A stretch of DNA of 63,468 nt, the filler included, from Perkinsus chesapeaki ATCC PRA-425 (Eukaryota; Protista; Perkinsozoa): NCBI GenBank assembly GCA_013115145.1. It is 7 parts of 7 records of this genome, joined end to end, with 100 filler letters (N's around TTAATTAATTAA, not from the genome) between each part and the next. Parts side by side here need not be neighbours in the genome. Positions count along the whole stretch, not along the records: positions 40,135 to 59,076 come from JAAPAO010000648.1; positions 59,177 to 60,525 come from JAAPAO010002024.1; positions 60,626 to 62,326 come from JAAPAO010001819.1; positions 62,427 to 63,468 come from JAAPAO010002262.1; 3 more parts are not named here. One strand, 5' to 3'. How positions within the stretch are numbered: position 1 is the first letter of the stretch; the number at the start of each line of letters is the position of its first letter. A model generated the notes under the pieces. It was given only the letters and a program-made list of their open reading frames with translations, searched no databases and had not been told where the DNA came from. Position numbers and translations under genes: made by a program. Positions 49,357 through 62,492 of the stretch are shown one piece after another.

Positions 49357-52300
49357 ATGATCAATAACCCCATCATTCCAGTGAGCTATGTTGCCAATAA
49401 ACTAGGATCACCTCTAGCGGCATATTTCGCCACATTGAATCACATCAAATCCGCTCCAGAGGAATCCTTCACAGTGCGGCGGCCTCCACCACCCCCACCA
49501 ATTAGGATACCAAAGTTGATCGATTCTATGACGGAAGCTATCTCGCATGGGAATCTTAAAGATGCTCGGAACGTCTGCGATGTTTTATTGAAAAATAGTG
49601 GTATTAATAGCAACGGTTCCACAGGAGGTAGTTTTTCACTTGACAACAGTTGATTGAAGAGGGATGATAAAAACTGAATGATCTAAAAGATATTTATTAC
49701 TTATTTCTGGTGAAAAAGGGGCTGACCTCGTTCACAAATGTATCCTTTCATGTGCGAATCTTGCTGGGTTTTAAAGCAGATGTCGCTTATGGGGAACGGC
49801 AAAAATGAGATGCTTCAGGACATACTAATTATGTTGGAATATAACATCACATTTCCGTGGGAAAATTTTTTTGATTTTTCGAAGCACTTTTTCCTGTCAT
49901 TTGGGAAGTATCGAGAATGATGGTACGAAAACAATTACGTGGTCTCCGGGTGTTGACGAGAACAATTATATTTGGGAATTCCTGAACACATGGTTCTGGA
50001 GAAAGAGCTCGGACTTGGCCTAAAAATGCCCTACGCTTATCGATCGTCGCTGCTCGAAGTGACGTTGGGAAATTTAGAAAATTGCTTTTTAAGAATTGAA
50101 TTTAGGAATTCCTCAAGATATTATTTATCGAATTCGCTTCCGTTCTCAGGCCTCCTGACTTGGTCCGATGCAACAATGTTGATGTGGGCTCTATGCGCCC
50201 TCAAGGACCACAACAAAATGGCAGACTATGTCGCATCGGTTGGGTTGGAGAAGCTCGTCTGCGGGTGTCCTCCGATCGAACTGGGGTGATGGTTGTTGGG
50301 GGCGTTTGCTGTTCATGGGGATTTCGGCAAGATTTTCAAAATTGGTATTAGTATCATTTTCTGAGACTCGATGGACACTTGAGTCACGGAAGTTCCGTGA
50401 GGCTAGGGGGAAATTATTATGTGGAACCAACGATCGTAGCGGGAATTTAGAACCAAATTTTCCGTGAAAAAATATTTCCCAGAAAAAAATTTTCGAGCGT
50501 TGTATATGTCTGCAGGTATATGGCACATTATATGGCGCGTGAGAAAGGTTGCAATAAGATATCCCGGCGAATGGCAGCCTCTGCAGTATCGAGGATGGCT
50601 ATGGAGAAGGTGGAAAACGTTACGGAGGTGAGATAGTGAAACCTCGCTGGCTTTTGTGATCTGTCGGGCTTAAATCATATTATATTACCGGCCATCCGCT
50701 TATTTCGATCATCGATGGGCATTGGGCAATCTGGCATCATTTCGTTGGTGATTTTTGCAGTGTCAGAATGTATCTATTTGATCGCGTACAAAAGTTGTTT
50801 AGGAAATTTACATGTGATTTAAGGGATGGGTGTTGAAGACTACATCTTGGACGGCTCGACTTTGAGAGGCTCCAGTCGGCAGAGTTATTCTTTCAGTCCA
50901 TCGTGGTGGCCCTGAGAGTCTTCACTGATATGGATTATGCAGCTCGAGAGAAGGATGAGGATTTACCGGAACTTGATTGGTAAGTGAATTGTGAAACTCT
51001 GAGGGGAACGGACTGGGGCAAGGGAATCATAAAGTATCTTTGGAATAGCTTAAGGGGGTATCTTAGGTTGACGTGTGCATCTTGTAGAGAGGCAGGAAAG
51101 AATGTCTCTACAACATTGTGTCACATTTACCTTATCACTCTGACTTTCGTTTTGTTGCATCCTCTCCGCCGCCGCCGCTGGCAGAGGAAGTTCATTAAGT
51201 CAGCATGTTGAATTATCCACTTTATTATCAGGTCCCTGCTCCTGCCGGGGTTGTGTTATCTGTCTGAGGATATCTCTAAAATCACCACAAATGACTTGAT
51301 GAACTGTCTACTGGGAACAGGGGTGAGAAGACGATGATGGTGAATCTAGTTGAATGATTGCCTACAAGTTTTAATCATAATTAAGTCGATTCTGGAATAA
51401 ACAAAAAAGCTGTAAAATGTTGAAGTGCTGAGGCTTCAACCGTGGCTCAGCTCGTTAGTCGCAGAATCGAAGCCATCTTTACAAATAGAATCGGACTTTT
51501 CGAACGAAGTCCCACAAGGTTCCACAGAGGGTTGTATCAGAATTTAAGACGAGCCAAACGGCCGTGATCTGGCATATAGTCATAGTTTTGCCATCATCCG
51601 TGGGGGGCTCGAAAGTACAAGTTCATCGGTCAGCGAAGAACCGAAGGTTGATTCACTCATTTCAAAATTGGCAAATTGAACACCGTCGTTTCTGAACTAT
51701 CGGGGACATTATAATTTTGGATGCAGAATAAAAAGTATATTTTGTTCATTTTTTTGTCAGATTGTGAAGAGCTTCGAAGGCGCCCCGGAAATTTTGGGGA
51801 TTTTCCTGAAAGAATCGCTGAAAAGGCTAGAGGTAAATAGGAAATGCACGCTTGAACCTAAGATACGTGACAAGTTCAGGAGGGAGATCTTGAAGGATAT
51901 GCAAAGGTCTACAGAGCGGCGTGCAGAAATATCTTAGCTCAAAATGAAGATTCCTCGGAGGTCAGAAAAGTGACCTTCGAGAAATTCATGGAACCTGGAA
52001 TGATTAAAAGGGTAAGCGAGAATTCTTGCTATCAAGAGTTTCTGCGGCAGCTTCATTTTGGAGGATATTCTCGGCTGGTGTTAATTTCGTAGTGCTGAAG
52101 TGCTTTGTAGCTTTCTTTATGATGGGGAAAATGCAACAGGAAATTTTCCGAAATTTTCATTGTTTTTTTGTGCCCTTGGTTTCGCGGAGCGGGGGAGCAT
52201 CTTTGCAATCATTTCACGACTTTAAGTATAACGAATGTCGAAACAGAATAGTACAGGAGCCTGCTAACGCGTTACCAACTTTTTGGACCAGAAGGGATCT

Positions 52301-52400
52301 TACGAATGAAGGTTGTCAGATACCCATGAGTGTTTGCCTGTCGGATATCTTAGCTCCATCCTTGCACTCACAGTAAGAAGTAGTAAATGTATTATTTGAT
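49357..52400 (+). CDS. Multi-exon hypothetical, partly helical-repeat-like; probably more than one gene
   Basis: LTWSDATMLMWALCALKDH and ISKITTNDLMNCLLG segments, with exon-sized ORFs bounded by periodic A/T introns. Confidence 0.4.
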
Positions 52401-52951
52401 ATTTTAAGTTAGGATTGAGGATGCCTCGAGGAGAGAGGACATCTCTATCATTTGTATCAGAGATATTTTCAATCTGATGAATCGGTAGGATGATCGGGTT
52501 TCGGGTTTTCGAAGTCGGGACAAACTTTGCGTGAAATCTCAGAAGTCATTTAGCAACTTTCTTGTGACGGTGTTCCTCTCAAGATTCTTGGTGCAGCTAT
52601 TCTCACTTCGAAGTAATGTGAGGTATATAACTCCGAAATGGTAAATAATTTCCGGAAAATTTTCAAATTTTATCTGTCGATCCGCGCTTGTTGTATTGGC
52701 GTGTATTTTCAATATAATATTCAGCTCGCAGAACTCCTTTCGTTTTCCCCCTAAAATCTTTCAAAGATATCTTCTTCAGAGATGACTGGTCATTGCTTTC
52801 GCTGGATGAGCTCACCATCATTGCCAAGGCCTGCTTCGAAGCGTCACTCGCCACGAAATCCGGCTGGCTGCGTGAAGAGGGAATGCCGAGCTGTAGCAGT
52901 TCGATGAGGTTTGCTGGATCCTCATAATCTCTATCAGATCTCGGGGCACTT

Positions 52952-54126
52952 TTGGCGATCGGTCGAACCAAGCGGGATGAAGTGGCTCATAGAGGGCTTG
53001 GTTACGTCAATTTACGAGGAGCTCCGGTATATGATTTATCGGCATTTGCGAGGCTGATGAGCTCAACCAGGATATTTCACTATAGAGCACTGGGAACAAG
53101 TAGGCAAGAAGAAATCGATCACGTGATCGATTTCATCTCAGTTGCTGATGTGGTTTGTGATGCCCCATTGGATGACATATCTTTGAAGGTCTGCTTTCGC
53201 CTGCTCCGTGCGAGTAGCTCCCTGAGGTGGTATGAAACCGAAGTGTAAGTTAACCGCTCCCCTCAGGGCGGCTCTCTCCCCGTTTTCAAGTCTTCTGAAC
53301 GTCTCAGAATTCCAGAAAATTTTTAAAAATTTTCCAGATTTTCTGTGCGAACTTTGTGGGCGGATAAATTATTTTATTGTCGACATGCCGGAGATAAACC
53401 AATCACCGGGTTTTTTTATGTTTCTTGTCTGCAAAAAGTTCGTCATTTTTCTCGCTCGTCAGGTTCCAAAAATTGTCATCGGCGCTGGTGGCTCGATTGA
53501 CTGAAAACGGTGGGGTTTTTTCGGACTCCCGACCCGATGAAAGATTCCTCCACATCGCACCGGCAATATTTCATCTGGCTCTTGCCGGCCTTGCCTCGCC
53601 GGAATTGCGAAAAGCAATTGTGGAGGAGTTCAAAGGTCAGATTTTACATCGAAATTTCGCGGTGGATTTGGGTGGCTTAGATTCGTCCAGAGTTGAAGCC
53701 AAGCTCCGTGATTGGTGCGCACTGCTGACCGAAAATGGGGAATCTTACCAGATGAGAAGGCTCGCCGGGGCAGCAGGTCAGGTGTATTGGTCAGCCTGTG
53801 CGATGGGATTCATTGGCAAGGATGAGATTGAGAGAGATGTACTAATCGAGCTCCAAGTTGAGTTGATTCCGCAGGGAAGTACGTTTGAGCATTTATTTAG
53901 CTGCTTTCATGGAGGGCGCAGTTTTCTTCGGACAATCCGCAAGTTGTTAATTTCTCAAGCTTGGTTTTTGATAGTAACTATAACTTCATTATCTCCCGAA
54001 TCTGTGGAGTTTTGTTCAACTCCCTCCTTCACGCTAGTATTCGTTGTATTATTACTAGATAGAGCTCTTAACAGTTCGAAAGTCGACTTCTCCGTGCGCT
54101 TGTCAGGTCGCCAGCGGCGCTTTTAA
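52952..54126 (+). CDS. Helical-repeat (HPR/FASTK-like) hypothetical protein, spliced
   Basis: IAPAIFHLALAGLASPELRKAIVEEF and AGQVYWSACAMG. ORFs 52952-53248 and 53425-54126. Confidence 0.45.
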
Positions 54127-55862
54127 TATGCTCCTCGGGCTGGCCGATGAAGATGGTAAATCTGCAGACAACCTGGGATCATTGTCAGCTCTGAACGACC
54201 TGTAGTAGCTGGCACTGAGGGCGGGGGGGTTAATCTAGTCGCTGCGTTGTGGCAAATTCGAGAATTTGTTAGACACATTGAGATAGGGATTGCGAGGCAG
54301 TCGTCGTGGATGAGGGAGGATCGAATTCCGTCCCCCTTCTTGCCGGTCAACCAATAATCTAGGTCAAGTTGAAAGTGTGAGAGCCTGTAGTGGTATGAAT
54401 TTCTGAAATTCTGGAATAACTTTTCCCCGCAAAAATGTGAATATTTTCTGGAAAAAAGTGACATTAAATTTTTCGGGAAAGAAATTTATTTCTCGCACTT
54501 TGTATTTTTTTAAGATATAAATTCACGGAGGATCTTCAATTCACTTTGAGAGCAAAGGAGCAGCTCAAGGAGGGTGCTTTGCGATCTCGAGTGGTCGAAT
54601 GGCTTAAAGGAAAAGCAGCTCATTCGGGAGAGCGCTTCACTGAAGGGTAGGACTGCGCAGGTTCGATCCCGGCATTTGACAATTTTTCTATCAGTTTTGT
54701 CGATGAAGAGCTGACAGGTGGTTATTTCGTTGATGTTGTCATCGGCGATCCCGAAGATAAAAAAGGAGTCATAGTTGCGCCTCGACATGTTTGTTATCGA
54801 AGTCATGTTGATGGTAAAAGGAATAAAGCACCGTTGTAATAAAAGAGGAGAATCGGAGGAGGGCGGTCGGTGTGAGGGGAATTAAACTGGATGATCTTTT
54901 GGTAGTTATTATAAATTTAGGAGTTCGTTAACTTCATTGTTGTTTTGTACTTCATACGACTCTTCTGTCAAATCAGGGCAACACTGCTCAATCTTGAAGC
55001 TCTTCGTAAGCTGGGATGGACAGTGGAGGTTGTTTACGAATCTCTCCTGGAGTCGCCACCGAAACCGTCGGAAGATACCCGCTCGGCCGCCGCGGTTAAG
55101 AACGTGGGAAGTTGAACGGGAAGAATTAGGACTTGGGAAAATATTTTACAAATTCATTGTTTCTGATGTAACACGTTTCTGCAGAATGACCGATTTGAGT
55201 TCGGGAAAATAAGGGAAGTGTGAAAATATAATGGAGTAAAGTGGGTTAATGTTGATGGAGCGATATGGCGGCTTGAGAAAGTCAACTTTCGAATGAGGAC
55301 TTCCGAGCTTGTCTAGAAGGTCTCGAGGGCATCTCGAAATGAGATGAAGATATTTTGAATGAAATGATTGTGAGTGATTGTAAAAGGGTTATATTATTTT
55401 TATTGGTATTAATAATTTCCAAGATGTCTAAGCCTTGCGAGATCTGGCAGCCTGCAGTGCTGCTGGCAGTTGGGGCAGTTTCCATATTGGCAGTAAACGG
55501 AAGTAATAGGGAAGGGGGAATCGGTGGAGGAAGTTCTGAAGGGCAGGTTTGTGTTTTTTGGGAGAGTACTGTTGGTGACGCATCGACGTGCGTAGTGGTG
55601 TCAAAAAATTGTCGGACAACTCTCGGCACATACTTTAGTATCTGAAGTACACCAGAAACGAGTATTATTGAAGCCAAGAAAAATAGTGTTTTTATTTCGA
55701 TCTGTTCTTCAGGGCGTAGGAGACATGAAAGAAGTCGGATCGAGACCGCGGAGGAAATGAAATCGAGATGCGCTGCGGAGAAGGCCGCGCAGGACATGCT
55801 ATCAGTGATCAAGCGACGAGATACTTTGGAAGTTTAATTATCATTTTTAGAACGCCCAAGGT

Positions 55863-57390
55863 TTGAAGGGCGCGCAAGGGAAAATCGTGCTGCGTGGGCC
55901 AGCAATTGTGACTCGCGGAAGAACTCCCCTTAGGCTCCACTATTTCCCTACGAGGTCCACTGGATCCACTTTGGTTCCTTTTATTTTTTGTGATGTTAGG
56001 AATCGTGCAGAGGTGGCCAGGTTGTTGCTTGAGATTGGCCATGAGCCGTACGAAGCTATATGTTATTTCTATCAAACTTTCGTACGAAATTTCCCCATTT
56101 TTCCTGATTTTTTTGCAGTTAAATTGTCGCTCACAATTCCCTTTCGGCGAACTGCCAGTCTTGGAGCTTGCGGATGGCACGTAAGAAATTTTCCGGAAAT
56201 TTTCGGGAAATTTTTTTCAGAATGATTGTCCAACAGCACACCATCGTTCGTTATGTTGCTGACATAACAAGAATGAACGGCGGAAAAAATCGCGTGAAGC
56301 AGGCTAAAGTGGACATGGTAATTTTCGTCGGAAAATTTCGGAAAATTTATTATTTTTTTAGCTGTTTGAGCAGTTGGTTGATATGTTTGAATCACATACT
56401 TTTTCGTGGGATGCATTAAAGAAGAATTACTTCAAGGACAGTTTGGCTGATGTAAGGTGGGGAAGATTAGACGGGAGAGCGGTATCAGGATTTAAATTAT
56501 AAAATTATTACAGTACGTGAAAAATGGTATTTACCATTTCTTTCGTAGATGTTTGTTAGCTTTATCGCAGTATTACTAATGGGCAGCGGTTTCGATGTCT
56601 TTCCTTAAAAACTTCCTCAAGATCGACCAGCACCTTTTCTTTGTCACCAAATGACCAAATGATGCTCACTGTGAAAATTGTTTTTCCGGAAAAATGAGTG
56701 TTAGTTTTCTCTGTATGCTGCTGCTTTTTCAGGTTCCTGATGTAAAGACCATCAGCGACATGGCCTTGGCAGACGGAGACATTTCCCCGTGGAAGTAGAA
56801 GGCAGCATTGTCATGGTGTGGTAATGAACAGCTTTGTCAGGTATTCGGTAATGGTGCTTAAAACATTCGATGATATACTTCGTAAAAATAATGAGAGCAG
56901 TAATGAATGGAGATGGCTTGATGGTAAGTCGGCTCGGCCGCCGTTTAATAACATTGCAGCCATTCTAGAATTTTGACGGGGAAAATTAGTTTGATCGTCT
57001 TAATTCATGGGAATCGGCCAAAGTTCAGGCCCTGCTGAAATCAATTAAGCATTTCAACAGTTGAAGAGAATTTATTTTCTATTTTTCATTGACTTGTCGA
57101 TTAGGTTCGATGAAGTTGTCCTACGCCGATGTCTATCTGTTCACAAAATTGTACGAGTTAAGCGAAGTGGATCAATGCGGTCCTGAGTAAGTCATTTTAT
57201 GTTACAAATTTTCCTATTTTTCCATCAGTTACGGCAGCACATTCCAGGTTCCCTATCTTGTCAAACTCCAGGAAAAAATCGAGGTAAGATTTTGGTAAAA
57301 TATTTTCACAATTTTATTCAGTCAATCGACGCTGTTAAGCATTACCTCAACAGTGGCAGGCTGATGCCGAGGCACAATTCTCAGTAAGGA
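55863..57390 (+). CDS. Cytosolic glutathione S-transferase (sigma-like Tyr-type N-terminus), many short introns, possible N-terminal extension upstream
   Basis: Spliced in frame: LHYFPTR|NRAEVARLLLEIGHEPYE...F|LNCRSQFPFGELPVLELADGT|MIVQQHTIVRYVA...AKVDM|LFEQLVD. C-terminal LKTFDDILRKN, KLSYADVYLF, VKHYLNSGR. Confidence 0.88.
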
Positions 57391-58199
57391 ATGAAGTTAA
57401 TATTATTATTTATGAGTGGTGGTTTAATAGGTACTCATTTATCCCGAGTAGACATAGTTTCCACGATGCATTGGCACCAATTTCGGAGTAGATGAATAAT
57501 ATTTATACTGTTAGTGCATCGCTACGATGGACATTGTTGAGTTATTAGTGATGGGGACACCACAACACAAAGTGAATATACGGATGCTTTTATTTTACAA
57601 AAGTGCATCATCTAAATATTTTATCAGAATACAACTAGTGAAATCCTTTTCTTATTGACAACGGTCATTGGGCATATCCCTTCGATCTTCACCGAGGAGT
57701 GTTTTATTCATAACATTTGACGTGCTCGACTATTGTCTATATAAAAACGTTTACTACATCCAACGGCAAATTATAATCCATACAACAGAAAGGAGTGAAC
57801 TTGATTTGAGGGTTAGGTGACTCCCGTCGATATGGTAAACCTATACAGCTCGCTTGTGATTTAAGTATCAAGTTTGGGCAACCACAAGCGGACCGGGGAC
57901 GGTTTCAAGAAACCTTTAATGCTTTCACGTGGACTCAAATACACATCGTTATTCAATCCAGCAATCTATTTCGCGAATTGGGAGGTCAAGTTCGTAAATA
58001 ATGGCTCGTTGCTCAGAAAGGTGATGAATCAGCTGCGTATTATTTTGCGTAAGAATCGATGAGTGATTGATAATAACAGTACAACTTCTGTGTGAGTTGA
58101 CGGAATTAAGCATCTTTGCATTTTGCTGTCTCACCTCGTCAACATGCCGACTAACTCAATATCATTCTATCTACAATACATGCCGTCACACTAACATTA

Positions 58200-58834
58200 T
58201 TAGACAATATCAACATGTGGTGCAACATTGCGGAGATAACCTCCTTCTTCGGGGATGGTGATGTATCCTCCGCTTATCGTAACAGTGCCGTTCTGACCGA
58301 TGTGTCTGGCGGCAACCAAAAGGCATAGTTTTTCAACTAGTCCATCGATCGTTGCTGGATGGTTCATATCATCGAACAAATTATTGTAAACCTGTTCAAC
58401 AATAAGAACAACGAACGGAAATTTCCCTACCGGTTTCGAGGCCTCAATTCTGACGGCTTCCATCACGGCACGACAGGTTTGCGCTTTCCTTGGACCTTCA
58501 GCGGATACTATCTTATCAATGCCGAGCCTCGACTCCAGCGGTAAGTCGGCCAGATAGTGCCTGCTGGAAAGATAAATGCGATTACCTTTGTGGTCACCTA
58601 CCACTGTTTGCGGTAAAGATTGGTAGTCAACGAAGCGTGAGGGTTTGAACCGCACTGGAACGATTCCAAATGGAAGGTACCGTTCTTAACGTCCAGGTCT
58701 CTTTTGATGACGACAAGTGCGTCTAGTCGATGTTCACCACGGAATTCGCAAGAGCCAGTGTGAATGTCATCGTCACAGCCAGAAAAGAAAGTGACTATTA
58801 ATATTGCTGGTAGGATTATTGAGAAGGAAAGCAT
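58200..58834 (-). CDS. Putative secreted hypothetical protein; two ORFs joinable by a 26-nt intron (58680-58655)
   Basis: Signal-like MLSFSIILPAILIVTFFSGC. Removing GTACCTTCCATTTGGAATCGTTCCAG joins the ORFs in frame. Confidence 0.5.
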
Positions 58835-59076
58835 GGAAGTGGCCTGATCAAAATATCCTAAGCAAGCATCTCAAGAAATACAGCGGAATAACGAGCTCTA
58901 TCAATGGACGTAAGGGATCTCAGATCGACCCCCCAAACGATCATTTACAAGAGGATTCTGCGCTGTTATTTTAGCGCTCGCCCGGCTAATCGATTCAGTG
59001 CAGTGCTCCCATCGAGTTGATACTCCTTGAGAACGGGTTTGCCTAGGAGAGTGTTGACCTGCTTGAGGACAGTCTC

Positions 59077-59176
59077 NNNNNNNNNNNNNNNNNNNNNNNN
59101 NNNNNNNNNNNNNNNNNNNNTTAATTAATTAANNNNNNNNNNNNNNNNNNNNNNNNNNNNNNNNNNNNNNNNNNNN
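59077..59176. other. Artificial contig linker
   Basis: N-TTAATTAATTAA-N. Confidence 0.97.
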
Positions 59177-60525
59177 CAGATTTACAGGACGCTGAAAAGG
59201 AAGCATTGGGACACGGTACATGCCTCACACGTAGACAAGTCATCTCAATCGTGCAAAGATGGCACGACCCATTAGGATTATTCAACGATGTAGGAGGATT
59301 TAGCAAATGCATTATTAGAAGTTCTGTGCAGGACACAAAGGACTGGGACAAGCCAGTCCATGAATCGACCATGCTAGATTTAAGGTATTGGGTACTCGCA
59401 ATGTTAGCTCCAATCCATGTAAAACCCAGATGCTGCATCATCAACGAAGTCTACATATTCTCAGATGCCAGCACCACTTGTTGGTGCGCAGAGATCCGTG
59501 ATGCAAACCTTCATCTTATTTATAGTAGGAGCGGCTTGTTCAAAGCAGGAACGGCCCACACGATCCCAAGGAAGGAGACCGAAGCAGCCTATCAAGCCAC
59601 AATCACGCTGGAAAAATTCCTTGAAGCTATGCCCGATGATGACGAAAAAACCTCCAGAGATCAGGTTGTAGTTGCAGGTTTCTACACCGACTCTGAGATT
59701 CTCATCCACCGTCTCAGGGGCGGTCCTAGAATATACAAGGCAATATCCTCAGCCGAACGCAGGAGAATCGAGGTCATCGAATCATCAGTCACTAAGAATC
59801 ATACTACAGCTAGGCATATTCCAGGAACAATCAACCCAGCTGATAGAGGTTCAAGACCCGACAACTACAGACAACATCTCCAACCCCTTGACCTAGCAGA
59901 TCTGAGAGATTGGTTGGAGGCTGAATCAACCGAACCATCCTCCCTCACATTCACCCCCGGGTTGAGACAGGAGGAGGATGATGATCCCGATCTCTTGGAC
60001 CCCAACGACTTCCCTTTAGCGCCACTCGAGAAGTTAGACCTCGAGCATCCATCCAGAGCTGGATGTAACCCTATTGCTACAGCCGATTTGTTACAGCTAC
60101 AGAAAGATGATCACTGGTGCCAACACATCAGTGATGTCATTGGCCGCAACGATGCTCCTAGATGGTCTAGAGACTTCTCAATCGATAACGATGGTCTAAT
60201 CCGTCATAAGTCCCCTATCCATATCGATCAAGATGAAGCTACTTCTCCCAATCCTATAGTCATCCCATGCACCGCCGCAACCCTAGAGCTCCGCACACAA
60301 TTAGCAACAGAGGCTCACAGAGCGGCCGCTCATCCTGGCGGGGTGCGCACTACTGACGTAGTGAGAAGGAACTACTGGTGGAAAAGAATGCACAAAACTT
60401 GTGCAAAAATAGTCGCCAACTGTGAGTGCTGTCAAAGGGCCAGAGCCAACAGAACCTGGCGCCGAGCGGCAGCAGTGGTTAAATGGCGAGGCAATCTGAA
60501 TCCCGGCGAAGTTGTCGGAGTAGAC
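59177..60525 (+). mobile_element. BEL/Pao retrotransposon pol fragment (RNaseH to integrase zinc finger), open frame across the whole contig
   Basis: TRRQVISIVQRWHDPLGL, IFSDAS, TIPRKETEAA, FYTDSE, RHIPGTINPADRGSR, AHRAAAHPG...YWW...CECCQR. Confidence 0.92.
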
Positions 60526-60625
60526 NNNNNNNNNNNNNNNNNNNNNNNNNNNNNNNNNNNNNNNNNNNNTTAATTAATTAANNNNNNNNNNNNNNNNNNN
60601 NNNNNNNNNNNNNNNNNNNNNNNNN
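60526..60625. other. Artificial contig linker
   Basis: N-TTAATTAATTAA-N. Confidence 0.97.
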
Positions 60626-62326
60626 CAAACTTAACCCGAATCCTGGAAGCCGAGATCTTTGGGTTCACGAGCTGAACTCCATAATAATCTCGTCCGCTCG
60701 AAGATGGCTAACGTGTTTCCAATGTCGTCTATTGTTCGCATCCCCGCCTAACACGCATGGGTTGTGTCGCTTGTCTACTTTGTGTCAGGCTGTGAAATTA
60801 ATCTTGCCAGTGCGCAATCCCTTCTTGCGCGACATTTTACTACCGCTACAGTCCTGTGTCCTTCCGCTAACCATACAATCGGAACCCACTTTTCGTAGTA
60901 TCCCCAGAGTAGTAAGAGGTATAAAATGCTGCATAGCACGTGATCATAACCTCTACATCGAGCTGAATAATTTGTTCGCACGCACAAAGATTGATATTCT
61001 CATTAAGTTCTGTTGTATATTGGAAGCACCAGAACTCGACAGTGTCGAGTCGACACTGGTAGATTCCTGAGAGCTTAACCGTCAACATACATGTACACAT
61101 ATCAATATCGCCAGGGAGACACTTAGATTGTGTACTTGAGCAATCACATATATCGAGCTCTGCGTAGCAAGGAATGAAGGTATGTAGTTGGTTATTGGTT
61201 ACCTGATTGATTCAAGTAGCAGTTTTATCTTATCAACACATTGGGGTTGAATTGATATAATTATATTGCAGTGCGATGGCAGCGTCTATGGGCTCACAAC
61301 AACCTTGAAGAATCGAAGGCTTTGACTCGAAGGAGTTTCTCAAGCTGTTCCATTGCCACATGTGAACACCATGGTCGGTATAATATCGCTGAATAAAATA
61401 GCATTGCTTGATAGTCGCCAATTGACACTTACACAAGATGGCAGAACTAAAGACTGATATTGATATAACATTGTTATGAGTAGGGAACGCTTTGCAGCGA
61501 CCCTCACAAGTACGCGTCACTCCTACTTATAGACAGCTAAACTGCATTATCTAGCACTACATAACATCGTCAATACCAGCATGCTTTTAGAGAACATTGT
61601 TCACTGGTCCTGATAGACTCGGTATCGCGGGAGTCCTCTTCTGGGACTATTGACGTGTGACTGCTAGACACAACACTAGACGCCAGAGGCTAATCTTAGA
61701 GAATAAGAGTCTTATTATGAGATAAAGAACAACTACTATGTTAGAGGCCCCCTCCACCATAATCGATAATCGATAAGCAAAAATACAGTAAAAGGGACAG
61801 TGCTTGTCATCAATACCATAGACATAATATGCACAAGTGACGCTGCTAGGTATGGAACCCAGGATAGTACACATTTAAGCACTGAGCACTATCGTACTCA
61901 CGCATTTCGAGTACATACAGAACGAAGGAGACATGCTGCCCGGTAAAATTAAGAACATCTCGTGTTGGTCAGAGTCGTTCTTCTTTTGCGATACTGTATC
62001 TCTATACTTATCTGAAGCTTTGCTCTCCTTGCCCCAACTGAACTTTGCATTGTTCTCCTCACCTTTCTCCTTCCCCAACAGACGCCTGAAATGGGTCGAA
62101 TGTTACAGTAACATTCCTTGACTCTAGGACTGTGAGTGAGTATGGATGGGGTGGAAATTCCACCGTGGCATTGATGTCATCAATTTGATGATAATGATGA
62201 TACCTGATTCCATTAGTGGTATGGAAAATTGTTCATCGTGTATGATTGGCCTCGCTTGACTAACTCAATACACAAATAATATCAGAGTTACAGTGTTAGT
62301 GCAACTCAACATAAAACGAGAAGAAG

Positions 62327-62426
62327 NNNNNNNNNNNNNNNNNNNNNNNNNNNNNNNNNNNNNNNNNNNNTTAATTAATTAANNNNNNNNNNNNNNNNNN
62401 NNNNNNNNNNNNNNNNNNNNNNNNNN
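62327..62426. other. Artificial contig linker
   Basis: N-TTAATTAATTAA-N. Confidence 0.97.
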
Positions 62427-62492
62427 AAAGCACTAACGATCACTGCAGCGTAAACTCGCGAGACTATAAGATGGCTCATACTCGCCACCTTC

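Noticed and set aside
60626-62326. Possible minus-strand membrane transporter exons
   Set aside because: Hydrophobic fragments only, with no recognisable family motif or reliable splice model.
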